Source: Phycisphaerales bacterium (GTDB lineage: Bacteria > Planctomycetota > Phycisphaerae > UBA1845 > PWPN01). From it: a DNA stretch of 64,000 nt. This document shows, piece by piece, positions 1-9,812 of the stretch. The stretch lies in the NCBI GenBank assembly GCA_012729595.1, contig JAAYCU010000283.1, positions 4 to 64,003 on the forward strand. Direction: 5' to 3'. A program made the position numbers and the translations under genes. Under the pieces are notes generated by a model. That model was not told the origin of the DNA. It made no database searches and saw only the letters and a program-made list of their open reading frames with translations. The first letter of the stretch is position 1; every line of letters begins with the position of its first letter.

Positions 1-224
1 GGTATACAAGAAGAAATGCGGCGGCGACCTGGAAACGGGGCGATACGGGAAATCCTCGCGCTGCACGGCTCGGCCCGCCGTCACGCCAAGAAACCTGTAA
101 TGTTCGCTTGTTTTGGGGCTAGGAGGACATGTGTGCGATTCTGTACAGCGCTTTGCAGCCGGTTAACGCTGAGGCGCTCGCCCGGATCGACTGTGAATTT
201 CCGGATATAGCCGGGGAGTTGGAT

Positions 225-1211
225 ATGAAACGCATGAAAAAGGAAAGCAAGGATTTCAAGGCAGACGTGGCCGCAGAACTGCCCGTGGATACGGACTCGG
301 CAACTGAACTCAAGGAGATCGTGCAGGAACTCGACGAGTCCTTGCAGGATGAACCTTGTGTGGTTCAGGACCAGTCCCAGGTGGTCTCCTCGGCTTCCGA
401 CAGCGAGGAGTCGTCCGGCATCGCCAATGACCTGGATGCCTTGCTGGCGGAAGTGCAGGCCGAAACGGATGAGGTGTTAGGCGAGCCGGAGCCGGTTGCC
501 CTGGATGCCGTAGAGGATTCTTCCGAGGATCCGAGCAGTGTGCCGGAGGTGATAACGGATGTGGAAGGCGCGATGGATGAAGACCCCGTGCAGAGTGTTA
601 TTCCAACGCCCGATGGTGAAGAGGCGATAGAATTGGCGACGGACTCGATGGCCGACGAACTGGTCCGTCATCAGGAACACCTCGACGCCGTGGCTTCGGT
701 CTTTTCCGAGGCGACTCAGGAAATCGAGGACATGGCCGAATCGATCAACGAGGTAGTTGGGGCTGATGAATGCGCCACAACTGCTGAAGACGAAATTTCC
801 ACGCCGGCGGCGGAATGCTCGGATGATGTTCTTCCTTCACCTATGCGGGATGACTTTCCGGCCAATGGTATGGCGACGGGTATTGGTTCGATAACCCAGG
901 AGTTGCGTCAGGAAATCGAAAGTCTCAAGGCCGGTGTGTTGACCCAGTTGGATCGTGCGGCGGCCCTTATCGAGCAGATGGACGGCACATATCAGCGGTT
1001 GGAGGCCATGACCTCTCAGGCGACCCAATGGCAGCAGGCCTTGGAGGAGGCCCACCAGGCTGGGCAGCGCTTCGCCGCGACCCAGATGGCCGCGGTTACC
1101 GCCCGCGAGGATTTCGAGCAGGCCCAGGCGCGCGCGGATGACGCTTGTCGTATGTGGCACGCTGCGAACGAGAAATCGGTCGCTGAGGCCTGCGTTGCGG
1201 TTCAATCTTAG
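225..1211 (+). CDS. Hypothetical, highly acidic protein with a coiled-coil-like C-terminus
   Basis: Lies in ORF-track frame 129..1211. The ATG at 225 is preceded by GGGGAG. The N-terminal two thirds are extremely D/E/S-rich and low in complexity. The C-terminal ~120 aa are Q/A/E-rich and helical-looking. No family recognised. Contains DLDALLAEV (429-455). Confidence 0.5.
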   Translation: MKRMKKESKDFKADVAAELPVDTDSATELKEIVQELDESLQDEPCVVQDQSQVVSSASDSEESSGIANDLDALLAEVQAETDEVLGEPEPVALDAVEDSSEDPSSVPEVITDVEGAMDEDPVQSVIPTPDGEEAIELATDSMADELVRHQEHLDAVASVFSEATQEIEDMAESINEVVGADECATTAEDEISTPAAECSDDVLPSPMRDDFPANGMATGIGSITQELRQEIESLKAGVLTQLDRAAALIEQMDGTYQRLEAMTSQATQWQQALEEAHQAGQRFAATQMAAVTAREDFEQAQARADDACRMWHAANEKSVAEACVAVQS

Positions 1212-1333
1212 GACGCATGCATGGATACACCTTTGTGCAACGCCGGGCTGGGCATGCGGGTTCTATCTGGCCTGCTATATGTGCCGGCGCCCGTTCTTGT
1301 GGGACTGGTCTGCAAGCGTGGTCATAGTTCCGG

Positions 1334-2374
1334 CTAACGTGGCAGATTGCCCAACTGACCGCAGGCGGCCAGTTGTTCGCGCCCTTTGGTGATGCGCCTT
1401 TTACATACCTGCCCTTCCTCCTTGAGCCAGCCTAGGAAAGCTACGACCAATTCCTCGCTCGGAGCGGGCCAGGGTGATTCTCTTCGCGGGTTATAGGGGA
1501 TAACATTGACCACGCACTTGAGCGGCCGAAGATACTCGACCAGTTCGCTAACATGTTCGCGGGCATCGTTTACTCCGGGGATCAGTACGTATTCTATCAT
1601 GAAGAACTGGCACTTGCGCAGCGGATAGGCCATCAACGCTTCGCGTAGCTTCGCCATCGGTACAAGCCGGTTGATAGGCATAATCTGCGAGCGAATTTCG
1701 TCGTTGGGGGCGTTGATGGAGACGGCCAGGTTGATCCGCCGCCAGCCGAGGGCGGCTAGTCGGCGTATGCCTTCGGGTTGGCCGACGGTCGAGATCGCAA
1801 CGCGTTCCATTCCCAGGGATAAACCCGAGCGGTCGGTGATGACACGGATCGCCTGGATAACCGCATCGAAATTATCAAACGGCTCTCCCATGCCCATAAA
1901 GACGACATTACGAATCGGGCCGCCGGTTTCCCGGATGGCCGCCGCCACCTGTCCTACGATCTCTCCGGCGGTTAGATTTCGCGGCCGGCCGATCCGGGCC
2001 GTCTGGCAGAACAGGCATCCGCGGGCACAGCCGATCTGTGAGGATACGCAAAGCGTTTTACACGCGCGGCCCCGGTGCTGCATGGGCACTACCACGCTTT
2101 CTATTTCCAGGCCGTCAGCGGTACGTTGAATCAACTTGGTCAGATCACCATCGATCGCCTGATGGACCACGGGCAGGATGTCCGCATGAAGCGTACTGTT
2201 CTCTACTCCCTCCCCGTGCAGCAATCGACGATACTCCGCCCGCAGCGATTTTTGCTGATGGCGGTGCGGCCTCACGAGATCGTGCACTTCGTTGAAAGTC
2301 AGACCGAGAATATCCATAAGTGGGAAAAGCCTTATTAGTGTTCGCTGGCGATCTCCGCAAATCTCCCGCTTCAA
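1334..2374 (-). CDS. rlmN: 23S rRNA/tRNA (adenine-C2)-methyltransferase, RlmN/Cfr radical-SAM family
   Basis: Radical-SAM CxxxCxxC cluster in SSQIGCARGCLFCQTA. Also MGMGEPFDNFDAV and a C-terminal AACGQL, and the length (346 aa) is typical of RlmN. Confidence 0.9.
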   Translation of the reverse strand: MKREICGDRQRTLIRLFPLMDILGLTFNEVHDLVRPHRHQQKSLRAEYRRLLHGEGVENSTLHADILPVVHQAIDGDLTKLIQRTADGLEIESVVVPMQHRGRACKTLCVSSQIGCARGCLFCQTARIGRPRNLTAGEIVGQVAAAIRETGGPIRNVVFMGMGEPFDNFDAVIQAIRVITDRSGLSLGMERVAISTVGQPEGIRRLAALGWRRINLAVSINAPNDEIRSQIMPINRLVPMAKLREALMAYPLRKCQFFMIEYVLIPGVNDAREHVSELVEYLRPLKCVVNVIPYNPRRESPWPAPSEELVVAFLGWLKEEGQVCKRRITKGREQLAACGQLGNLPR

Positions 2375-2483
2375 CGCAGCAGATCGGTATATGGTACCAC
2401 GGACCAGTCGAGGGCTACACCTTTCGTGGCTCGGTCTTGATCGCTACTTGTGCGATTGTTCGGTCGGACCTGACATTTACCGC

Positions 2484-5400
2484 TTAGGGCTCCGGGAATG
2501 GCGGGTCTACGAGAGGGCGTGGGCCCCGGGCGGGGTCCAGTACCATGCCGGTCTTCCGTGCGATTAGTTGCCGCCACTGCTTGGCGCTGGCCTGCTCCGA
2601 GGTCAGGTTGTACCAGCGAAGGGCGCCGTGGTCGGTGACCGCAAATAGGAAGTTCTGTGTGTTTTCTTCGGTTGTACCCCGGCTGAAGCTCAAGGCTATG
2701 ATCGGGTGTGTGCTTTCCAGGGGTGCACCGAGAGTCGCTATCGATGGGGTGCCCTCCGTGTGGTTTATTGTCTGCGGTAGTTCGTAGACATGTATTCGGT
2801 TGCCGCAAGCCACGGCCAGCAGCGGGCCTCCACGTTCGGCGGCCTGAGTTTGGACCGTGAGCCGACTGGGCGCGGAGGGGTCGGTCCCCGTGGGAGATTC
2901 TATTGTGCCTATTGACCGACCATTGCTGGCGGACCACAAGGTGACGTGTCCGCCGTTATGTCCAACGGCCAGGATGGAATCTTCCGGCGGGCAGAATAGC
3001 ATGGAGCGGATGGGTTGCCCGGTATTAATCTCGCAGACGTGCTCGAAGAACTCTCCGGTGTGGTTGATTACGACACGTCCGAGGGCGTCGGCGATTGCCA
3101 GCAGCGATCCGTCATGGTTGAAACGTAGCAATGCCGGTCGGCCGGTGAGCAGACCGATCTGGCCGAAGATGTCAGCCTCGCCGGACGGACCCACATTATG
3201 CAGAGTGATACGTAAATCGGCATGGGGAATGGCCGCCAGCCGCCCATTGGCGGAAAGGGCGAATGTGCGCGTGGCCGTCGTCGGCAAGGTCCAGCTTCGT
3301 CGCAGTTGGCCCACGTCGAAATCGAAGACGCGGGCCTGATCTCGCCAGTTGATTTCCATCAAGGTATCGCCATGCGCACTGAGTCGCCATTGATCGCTCG
3401 GGTCGTATGAGGCAATGGCCTCGCGAGTTTGGCTGAGATCGAGCGGATCGATCGGCGTCCAGACATAATTCTCGTTCTGGCGGGTAAAGGTGACAATCAG
3501 AGGTTTTTCCGAGACGCACAGGTCGTCGGTGGTCAACGGATCGTTCAGGAATGACGGCAGGCTCGGCAGGTATTCCGCTCGGAAACCCGGTGGCGGTTGC
3601 TCATGCAGGTCGTAGACGTACAGCCAGTCGTTTCTGGTCGGATCAGCCAGGCGAATGAAGGCGAATTGCCCATCAGCGGTCATTCCGGTCCGCTGTAAAT
3701 CTGCCGAAGGGGTCAGCAGGCGATACATACGTTCGCTTCCGTTTCTCACCCAGACCGATGCCTGGTAAAGAGTCTCCTCCTGATGGTCGCCGGCGATTCG
3801 TTCCGTGCAGACCAGTCGGCCCGCGGCGCGGTCGGCGGATACGGGAAAGCGAGCATTCAAGCCGGTCAGGATTTCGGGTGTTGACAGGGCGGTTGGTAGA
3901 CCAACCGATGCCGCGATCTGATTCACGATCTGTTTTGTGGCCACGTCGACAAAAGTAATTTGATTGTCGTCCCAGAAGCAAAGGGTTTGTCCGTCCGTAA
4001 TGAGTTGGGCATCGTGCCCTCGGGCTTCAAAAAAGGTCGGCGGGGAGGCGTGTATGTTCCAGAGGCGGATGGACTTGCCGGAGAGTTGCTGGCCGAAGGT
4101 TTCCGAGCCAACAACCAGAAGATGGCCCCCGTCTGGACCGAATTCCATGTATACTGGGGCGACCTGTTGGCGACGTCCGGCTTCCTCTGCTCGCAGAATG
4201 CTGACCAGCCGGGGTAGTGGTACGGAGTCGGCAACGTCGAAAACCGTGATTTGCCCAAGCAGGTCGGTAACCGCCAGGTACGAGGAGGCGGCCGAGGCCG
4301 CGAAACAGAAGCCCACCGGTTGACCCAGGAACGGCAAGCGCAGAAGGTCGCCGGTGTGCAGGTCAAAGATTTCCAAGACGCCCCGCGAGGCAAGGGCCGC
4401 GAGATATCGGCCGTCACCGCTTATCTCCGCCGGCATTGGCGACCGGATGCTTTGCAGAAGGCGGGGGGGCTGCTCCTCCGTGAAGTCGTAAACCTCGATC
4501 CGATACCAGTTTGGTTCCTGGTTGCCGCTGACAGGTTGAGTTTGGGCAGTGGTTGGTGCGGGGGTGGCGGACATGAACACAACTACCCCGGTATCAACGG
4601 CCAGACGAAGCTGAACGATCCTGCCCAGCCCGGTCAAGGGCTCATCATGTAAAGGATATCCGTCGGTCGTCCAGAACTCCGCTATGTCGGATTGCTCGTG
4701 CGTATGCAGGGTCAGCATCTTGCTGCCGTTGCGGTTGAAGCCTACCCATTTGAGTCGGCCAGCATTCCTGGTCGGCACCGGTTGCTCGGTACGCAGGACG
4801 GGATCTATCAGCCTTATCTGGTCGTCCGCGGTACCGACCAGCAGCATATGTCCGGCCGGGTCGAAGGCGAATGCCGACGGTGTATCCGCCAGCCGGTAGC
4901 GTCCGTGCAAGGGGGCCAGTTCGTGTAAAACCATACTGAGCGGGAGGCTCGAAGATGCGGCGTCCGAGTTATTTTCCGTCAGGCTTTCGGCATACCAGAG
5001 AGCGCTTTGTAGATAATCACCGCGCTCGGCCGCGGCTTGCGCGATATCCCGGGGCGATACATGCGGTTCGTGATGCATGTCGTGACGGGAGAGATGGACC
5101 CCTATCAGTATCAGTCCCGACAACACCCCGGCCAGTGCCGCGGTGAACGCCCAGCGGGCCGCTATCGGTTTCGTACTCCACCACAGGCCCAGACGCCCGA
5201 CCCTTTTTGCGTGGATCGGTTTACCGGCCAGCCAGCGATCGAGATCGTCGGCCAGCGCGCCGGCGTTGGCATACCGTTGGTCAGGGTCTTTGGCCAACAT
5301 GCGTTGAACAATAGTTTCCAGCGGGCGGGGGATGGCCGGGTTACGCGTGGACAGCGCTATCGGTTGATGCACGGCGATGGCTCGCAACAAGCCTTCGCGC

Positions 5401-6215
5401 GTTGCGGCCTGGTAGGGGGGCTGCAGGGAGAGTAACTGGTACATAACCACGCCGAGAGAATAGATATCCGTGCGGTGGTCCATGCCGATTCGCCCGGCGG
5501 CGACTTGTTCAGGGCTCATGTACAGTGGTGTGCCCATCAACTCGCCGGTTAGAGTGAGGCTTTCCTCATCCATTATCCGGGCCAGGCCGAAATCCGTCAG
5601 ATGCAGTTGCCCTTGTTTGTCCAGCAGCAGGTTGTCCGGCTTAATATCGCGATGAATCACGCCTCGACCATGTGCATAGTGCAGGGCTCTGGCGATGTCC
5701 CGCATCATGGCCGCGATCTGGCGAATATAACCGGGCTTGCGAGCTATGTTCGAGTCGACCGGCCGGTCTTCTTCGGTGACGCCGTGCGGCGGTTCCGGTT
5801 GATCTCCAATTAGGGTCTTGGCCTCGGAATCGATCGGTTGGATGTTCGAATCAAGCTGGTGCAGAATCTCTAGAAAGGCCTCCGGTGGCTCGCGCAAGGT
5901 CGGCAGCCATTGCAGAACCCGTGAAAGCGGGTCACCCTCGATATACTCCATCGTATAGAAACAAAAGTCTTCGTCGGAATGAATATGCCGGACGGCGACG
6001 ATATTCGGGTGGTCAAGTCGGGCGGCGGATTCGGCCTCGCGGAGGAAACGCTGGCGGGTCTTTTCCCGGGTCATGGACGCCGAGAGCACCTTTAGGGCGA
6101 CCATCTGTTCGGAGCCCGGTTCTCGGGCCAGATAGACCACGCCCATCCCGCCGGCCCCGATCCGACGGACAATCTCAAAACCCCCGATTCGATCACCTGC
6201 TTTGGGTGTCAGCAT
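2484..6215 (-). CDS. Membrane-anchored Ser/Thr protein kinase with a large repeat (beta-propeller-like) C-terminal region
   Basis: N-terminal Hanks kinase motifs: GAGGMGVVY, VALK, HRDIKPDNLLL, DFG and SPE. One TM segment (FTAALAGVLSGLILIGV). About 850 aa of repetitive strand-rich sequence follow, reminiscent of WD40/propeller repeats. Confidence 0.85.
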   Translation of the reverse strand: MLTPKAGDRIGGFEIVRRIGAGGMGVVYLAREPGSEQMVALKVLSASMTREKTRQRFLREAESAARLDHPNIVAVRHIHSDEDFCFYTMEYIEGDPLSRVLQWLPTLREPPEAFLEILHQLDSNIQPIDSEAKTLIGDQPEPPHGVTEEDRPVDSNIARKPGYIRQIAAMMRDIARALHYAHGRGVIHRDIKPDNLLLDKQGQLHLTDFGLARIMDEESLTLTGELMGTPLYMSPEQVAAGRIGMDHRTDIYSLGVVMYQLLSLQPPYQAATREGLLRAIAVHQPIALSTRNPAIPRPLETIVQRMLAKDPDQRYANAGALADDLDRWLAGKPIHAKRVGRLGLWWSTKPIAARWAFTAALAGVLSGLILIGVHLSRHDMHHEPHVSPRDIAQAAAERGDYLQSALWYAESLTENNSDAASSSLPLSMVLHELAPLHGRYRLADTPSAFAFDPAGHMLLVGTADDQIRLIDPVLRTEQPVPTRNAGRLKWVGFNRNGSKMLTLHTHEQSDIAEFWTTDGYPLHDEPLTGLGRIVQLRLAVDTGVVVFMSATPAPTTAQTQPVSGNQEPNWYRIEVYDFTEEQPPRLLQSIRSPMPAEISGDGRYLAALASRGVLEIFDLHTGDLLRLPFLGQPVGFCFAASAASSYLAVTDLLGQITVFDVADSVPLPRLVSILRAEEAGRRQQVAPVYMEFGPDGGHLLVVGSETFGQQLSGKSIRLWNIHASPPTFFEARGHDAQLITDGQTLCFWDDNQITFVDVATKQIVNQIAASVGLPTALSTPEILTGLNARFPVSADRAAGRLVCTERIAGDHQEETLYQASVWVRNGSERMYRLLTPSADLQRTGMTADGQFAFIRLADPTRNDWLYVYDLHEQPPPGFRAEYLPSLPSFLNDPLTTDDLCVSEKPLIVTFTRQNENYVWTPIDPLDLSQTREAIASYDPSDQWRLSAHGDTLMEINWRDQARVFDFDVGQLRRSWTLPTTATRTFALSANGRLAAIPHADLRITLHNVGPSGEADIFGQIGLLTGRPALLRFNHDGSLLAIADALGRVVINHTGEFFEHVCEINTGQPIRSMLFCPPEDSILAVGHNGGHVTLWSASNGRSIGTIESPTGTDPSAPSRLTVQTQAAERGGPLLAVACGNRIHVYELPQTINHTEGTPSIATLGAPLESTHPIIALSFSRGTTEENTQNFLFAVTDHGALRWYNLTSEQASAKQWRQLIARKTGMVLDPARGPRPLVDPPFPEP

Positions 6216-6626
6216 GAACCATCCGTCGCGTGCGATAGGGTCAATATCGACTCTCCAACATCACCCAGTGTACTGATCGGCAAACGATAATGCGAGGGTG
6301 AAATTAGGTTACGCTTCTTCGGTTCACCTGCCACGATCTCGCCATGCCCTCGACTTGACGGGTCTGGGGCTCAGGGCTATGTTGCGCTCATGTTGTCCAT
6401 GGAAGGGTCACGAGCTCCCGGAGCACCGGAGGGCTCTGCACAATGGGTTGAATGCGTCTAGTTACGGTGGGAAGGGGTTCTACGGTCTATTAACCTCCGT
6501 CGCCGGGCGATGCCTATCTCCCTACCTTTTTGCTGCCAGGGCCGTGCCGCCACCAATTATGAATTGCTTGTTCTTGTTGAGGTATTCCAACCGGACTGTT
6601 TATGTTACGTGGCAGGAGGACATGGC

Positions 6627-8066
6627 ATGCGGATCGATAGATATAGTTGGCAATGGTTTAGTGCGATTGGCGTGCTTAGTGCGGTGGTTTTGTTTACGGG
6701 GATGGCGTCTCGTGTCGGGTACGCGAATGACGGTCAGCGGCCCAACGTTCTGTTCCTGGCCGTGGACGATTTGCGTCCGGAGATGGCTTGCTACGGGATG
6801 CTGCGGATGATCACGCCGCACTTGGACCGTCTGGCCGAGCGGGGCGTGCGTTTCGACCGGGCGTACTGCAATATCGCGGTCTGCGGGGCTTCGCGGGCCA
6901 GTCTGATGACGGGCCTGCGGCCGACGCCGACCCGATTTATGTCGTATCTGACTCGAGCCGACGAGGATGCTCAGCACGTGCCTTCGTTGCCGATGATCTT
7001 CAAACGACACGGTTATCACACGCAAAGCAACGGCAAGGTATACCACCACAGGGACGACGACGCCGCAGCCTGGAGCGAGCCGCCGTGGCGGCGGGCAACG
7101 TCAAGTATCTGGTGGGCGCTGCCCGAGAATCGGGCTCTGGTCGAGGGCCGGCAGCTCGGTCCGGCTTACGAGGCGGCCGACGTGCCGGATGAGCAATACC
7201 CGGACCATCAGATATGCGACAAGACCCTGGCCGACCTGCGACGACTGGCCGGGCAGGATAAACCGTTCTTTCTGGCCTGCGGTTTCTGTCGGCCGCATCT
7301 GCCTTTTGTGGTCCCGCAAAAGTACTGGGACTTGTATCCGGCGGATCGGATCCGCCTTCCGGATAACATGTATTTCCCTCACGATCTGCCGGAGGCCTTT
7401 CAATATAACTGGGGCGAATTGCGTCACTATCATGGCATCCCTCAGCAGGGGCCCGTGTCCGAGGCGACCGCCCGGAAACTGATCCACGGTTATTACGCGA
7501 GCGTCAGTTTTGTCGATGCCCAGATCGGCCGTTTGCTGGACGCTCTGGATGAGCTGGGCATCGCCGAGCGGACGATCATCGTGCTCTGGGGCGATCATGG
7601 TTGGCAGTTGGGCGAGCATGGTTTCTGGTGCAAGCACACGAACTTCGAGGTCGCCTCGCGTACCCCCTTGATGATCGTCGCCCCCGGCATCGATGGCGGG
7701 GGCGTGAGCCGGAGGTTGGTCGAGTTCATCGATATCTATCCGACCCTCTGTGAGCTTGCCGGTCTGCCCCTCCCCGATCATCTGCAGGGCAAGAGTCTGC
7801 ATCCGCTGTTGTTGGGTGTCGATGCTGAGCATAAGGAGGCCGTGTTCACCCGCTTCGACCGGGGCGACGCGGTGCGGACCGATCGATACCGTTACAAGGA
7901 GATGCGCGCTAATAGGGGCTTGGGCGATCTTGAGGGCGTCGGGCTGTTCGATCTCGAAAAAGATCCGGACGAGAATCGCAACGTCGCGGAAGATCCGGCG
8001 TATGGCGAAGTTCTTGTGAAGCTGCGGGCGATGCTTGACGCGGTACGGGCCGGTTACGGATCGTAA
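6627..8066 (+). CDS. Secreted type I sulfatase (iduronate-sulfatase-like)
   Basis: PNVLFLAVDDLRPE, the formylglycine motif CGASRASLMTGLRP (C-x-A-x-R), and WGDHGWQLGEHG. Has an N-terminal signal/TM. The ATG at 6627 is preceded by AGGAGG (6614-6619), so the ORF-track start at 6510 is probably an upstream extension. Confidence 0.85.
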   Translation: MRIDRYSWQWFSAIGVLSAVVLFTGMASRVGYANDGQRPNVLFLAVDDLRPEMACYGMLRMITPHLDRLAERGVRFDRAYCNIAVCGASRASLMTGLRPTPTRFMSYLTRADEDAQHVPSLPMIFKRHGYHTQSNGKVYHHRDDDAAAWSEPPWRRATSSIWWALPENRALVEGRQLGPAYEAADVPDEQYPDHQICDKTLADLRRLAGQDKPFFLACGFCRPHLPFVVPQKYWDLYPADRIRLPDNMYFPHDLPEAFQYNWGELRHYHGIPQQGPVSEATARKLIHGYYASVSFVDAQIGRLLDALDELGIAERTIIVLWGDHGWQLGEHGFWCKHTNFEVASRTPLMIVAPGIDGGGVSRRLVEFIDIYPTLCELAGLPLPDHLQGKSLHPLLLGVDAEHKEAVFTRFDRGDAVRTDRYRYKEMRANRGLGDLEGVGLFDLEKDPDENRNVAEDPAYGEVLVKLRAMLDAVRAGYGS

Positions 8067-8260
8067 ACAAGGGGTAAGCCAGAGCCGCTGTAGCGCAACA
8101 TAAAAATCTGACTACCTCCCCCAATGGGGCTCGGGTTTGCGGACGCCTGCGCGATATCGTCGTCCGAGGTTCCTGTTGATTCCCGTTGGTCCCGGAGCTA
8201 CTACGCTATACCTGCGTATTGTCCGGCAAATCGCACACGACCGCAGGCACCATTGAGCAG

Positions 8261-9781
8261 TTATTTGCGGATGTTGGCATAGTCCCGCACCGCTTGCGGC
8301 GAATGGCTGATCACGATCCATCCGTCCGTAACCGCCATGGCCGGGCCGACCAAGCCAAGTTGGAAATACCACAAGCCCTGCTCGTCGCGTTTCAATTGCG
8401 GAGACAGGCCGGTCGGTAGTGTGCCGGCCGGAACCTGCAGGCACCATTGCCATGCGGACATCAACTTATCTACGGCGGCCGCCACCGGTTCACGCGGCCC
8501 ATGGTACTGGATACATATTGTGCGGAATACTCCCAAGCCGAGCGGGTGGGGTGGATAATCGTGGATAATCAGATATTCGCCCAGCCGATCCAGAAGATCA
8601 TTCTGGAGATTGAACTGAAATTTCTCCTCCAACCAGTCCCAGGCGTGTTCTCGAGCCTGACGACTATCAGGGGATCGACCGGCCAGATAGGCTTGGCGAA
8701 TCTGCTCAAACTTTTCGGCCAACGGATAATTAAATATTACATAACGATTGGCCTGATCCGGAATAATCGCCGTCTCGGGTGGAGGCCTCGTTTCGGTCAG
8801 AGGCCGGATGTCCTCGCGGCCGTCGCGGTCACGAGTGGCCATGGTGCCGTGTAAGACGCGGTCCTGGTAGCCGAAGCGGAAAAGCACCTTTTCGGTGGAT
8901 TCCAAGTGCAATATCTGTAAAACCCGAGCGGGGCGGTCAGGGATGACCGATTCCAGGCGTTTGCGAGCCAGTGTGCAATTGACATACACCGTAATGCCGC
9001 CGTCGGTACCCTTCTGTTCGCTCCGGTTCTTGGCGAACCACGCATCATCGGCCAGCGAGGGCCCATTTCTTCCGATTACGGTCAAAACTTTTCCGAGCGT
9101 GCCGCGCCCCACCGCCACGACATAAATGGAATCGATATTGCACCATTCGATGACCGCCCAATCCGGCAAGCGTCGGTCGGTCAGGCGATGGCCGCGAAAG
9201 TTGCCTAGATTCAGATTTTCGAGCCGCCCCTGTTCCGAGTCGGTATAGGAGGCCAGCAGATCGCGCAACCGGCGATCGAAAACTTCCGCCAGCGGCCCGC
9301 CATCAAAAAGCAGAGCGGCCTGCAGATCATCCACGCGATAGCTGTCTTCGTCGGTCAGGGGGCGGGCGGCGACATCGAGCAACACGACGGCGTGCGGCCG
9401 CCGGGCCAGCAACGGCACCGTGCCAACCACATCCGCCACGATACGCCCTTCACGCGGAACCACACCCATCATCTTGAGGGCCATGAGCCAGGTGGCCAAC
9501 TGATCGACTCGGCCGTCCCGCAGCATGTCCCCGCGACGCAGCTCCGGCTCGAAAAACCAGGCGGCCACCGCTTCGGCAGGAACGAGCTGTTCCATAGCCC
9601 GCCCCGGACCATTCGTAGCCCAAACCGGCGTGCCTGCCGCTAAAATAACCAGCGACGCAACACCAGCCCGCACCAGCGACGGACGCAACCCGGCAAACGC
9701 TTCCCGACGCCTGGTCGGTTTCGATACAGTATGTATACCCCGCAATCCCGGGCCTACTAACAATCTGTTCCTGATAATCAT
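8261..9781 (-). CDS. Hypothetical secreted protein, third gene of the 12083->8261 locus
   Basis: 506-aa ORF with an N-terminal signal-like segment (AGVASLVILAAGTPVWA). Starts 32 nt after the upstream stop. No family recognised with certainty. Confidence 0.55.
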   Translation of the reverse strand: MIIRNRLLVGPGLRGIHTVSKPTRRREAFAGLRPSLVRAGVASLVILAAGTPVWATNGPGRAMEQLVPAEAVAAWFFEPELRRGDMLRDGRVDQLATWLMALKMMGVVPREGRIVADVVGTVPLLARRPHAVVLLDVAARPLTDEDSYRVDDLQAALLFDGGPLAEVFDRRLRDLLASYTDSEQGRLENLNLGNFRGHRLTDRRLPDWAVIEWCNIDSIYVVAVGRGTLGKVLTVIGRNGPSLADDAWFAKNRSEQKGTDGGITVYVNCTLARKRLESVIPDRPARVLQILHLESTEKVLFRFGYQDRVLHGTMATRDRDGREDIRPLTETRPPPETAIIPDQANRYVIFNYPLAEKFEQIRQAYLAGRSPDSRQAREHAWDWLEEKFQFNLQNDLLDRLGEYLIIHDYPPHPLGLGVFRTICIQYHGPREPVAAAVDKLMSAWQWCLQVPAGTLPTGLSPQLKRDEQGLWYFQLGLVGPAMAVTDGWIVISHSPQAVRDYANIRK

Positions 9782-9812
9782 ACTGCTTATACGCCGCCGC
9801 CCGGCCCAGGGT

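Noticed and set aside
6510-6626. N-terminal extensions given by the ORF track (sulfatase 6510, fabD 19486, fabG 18334, ftsI 26490, murG 34380, membrane protein 40387, LysM 25158, rplM 54493)
   Set aside because: In each case an internal ATG with a good Shine-Dalgarno sequence gives the family-typical N-terminus. The extension either overlaps the upstream gene or encodes non-protein-like sequence.
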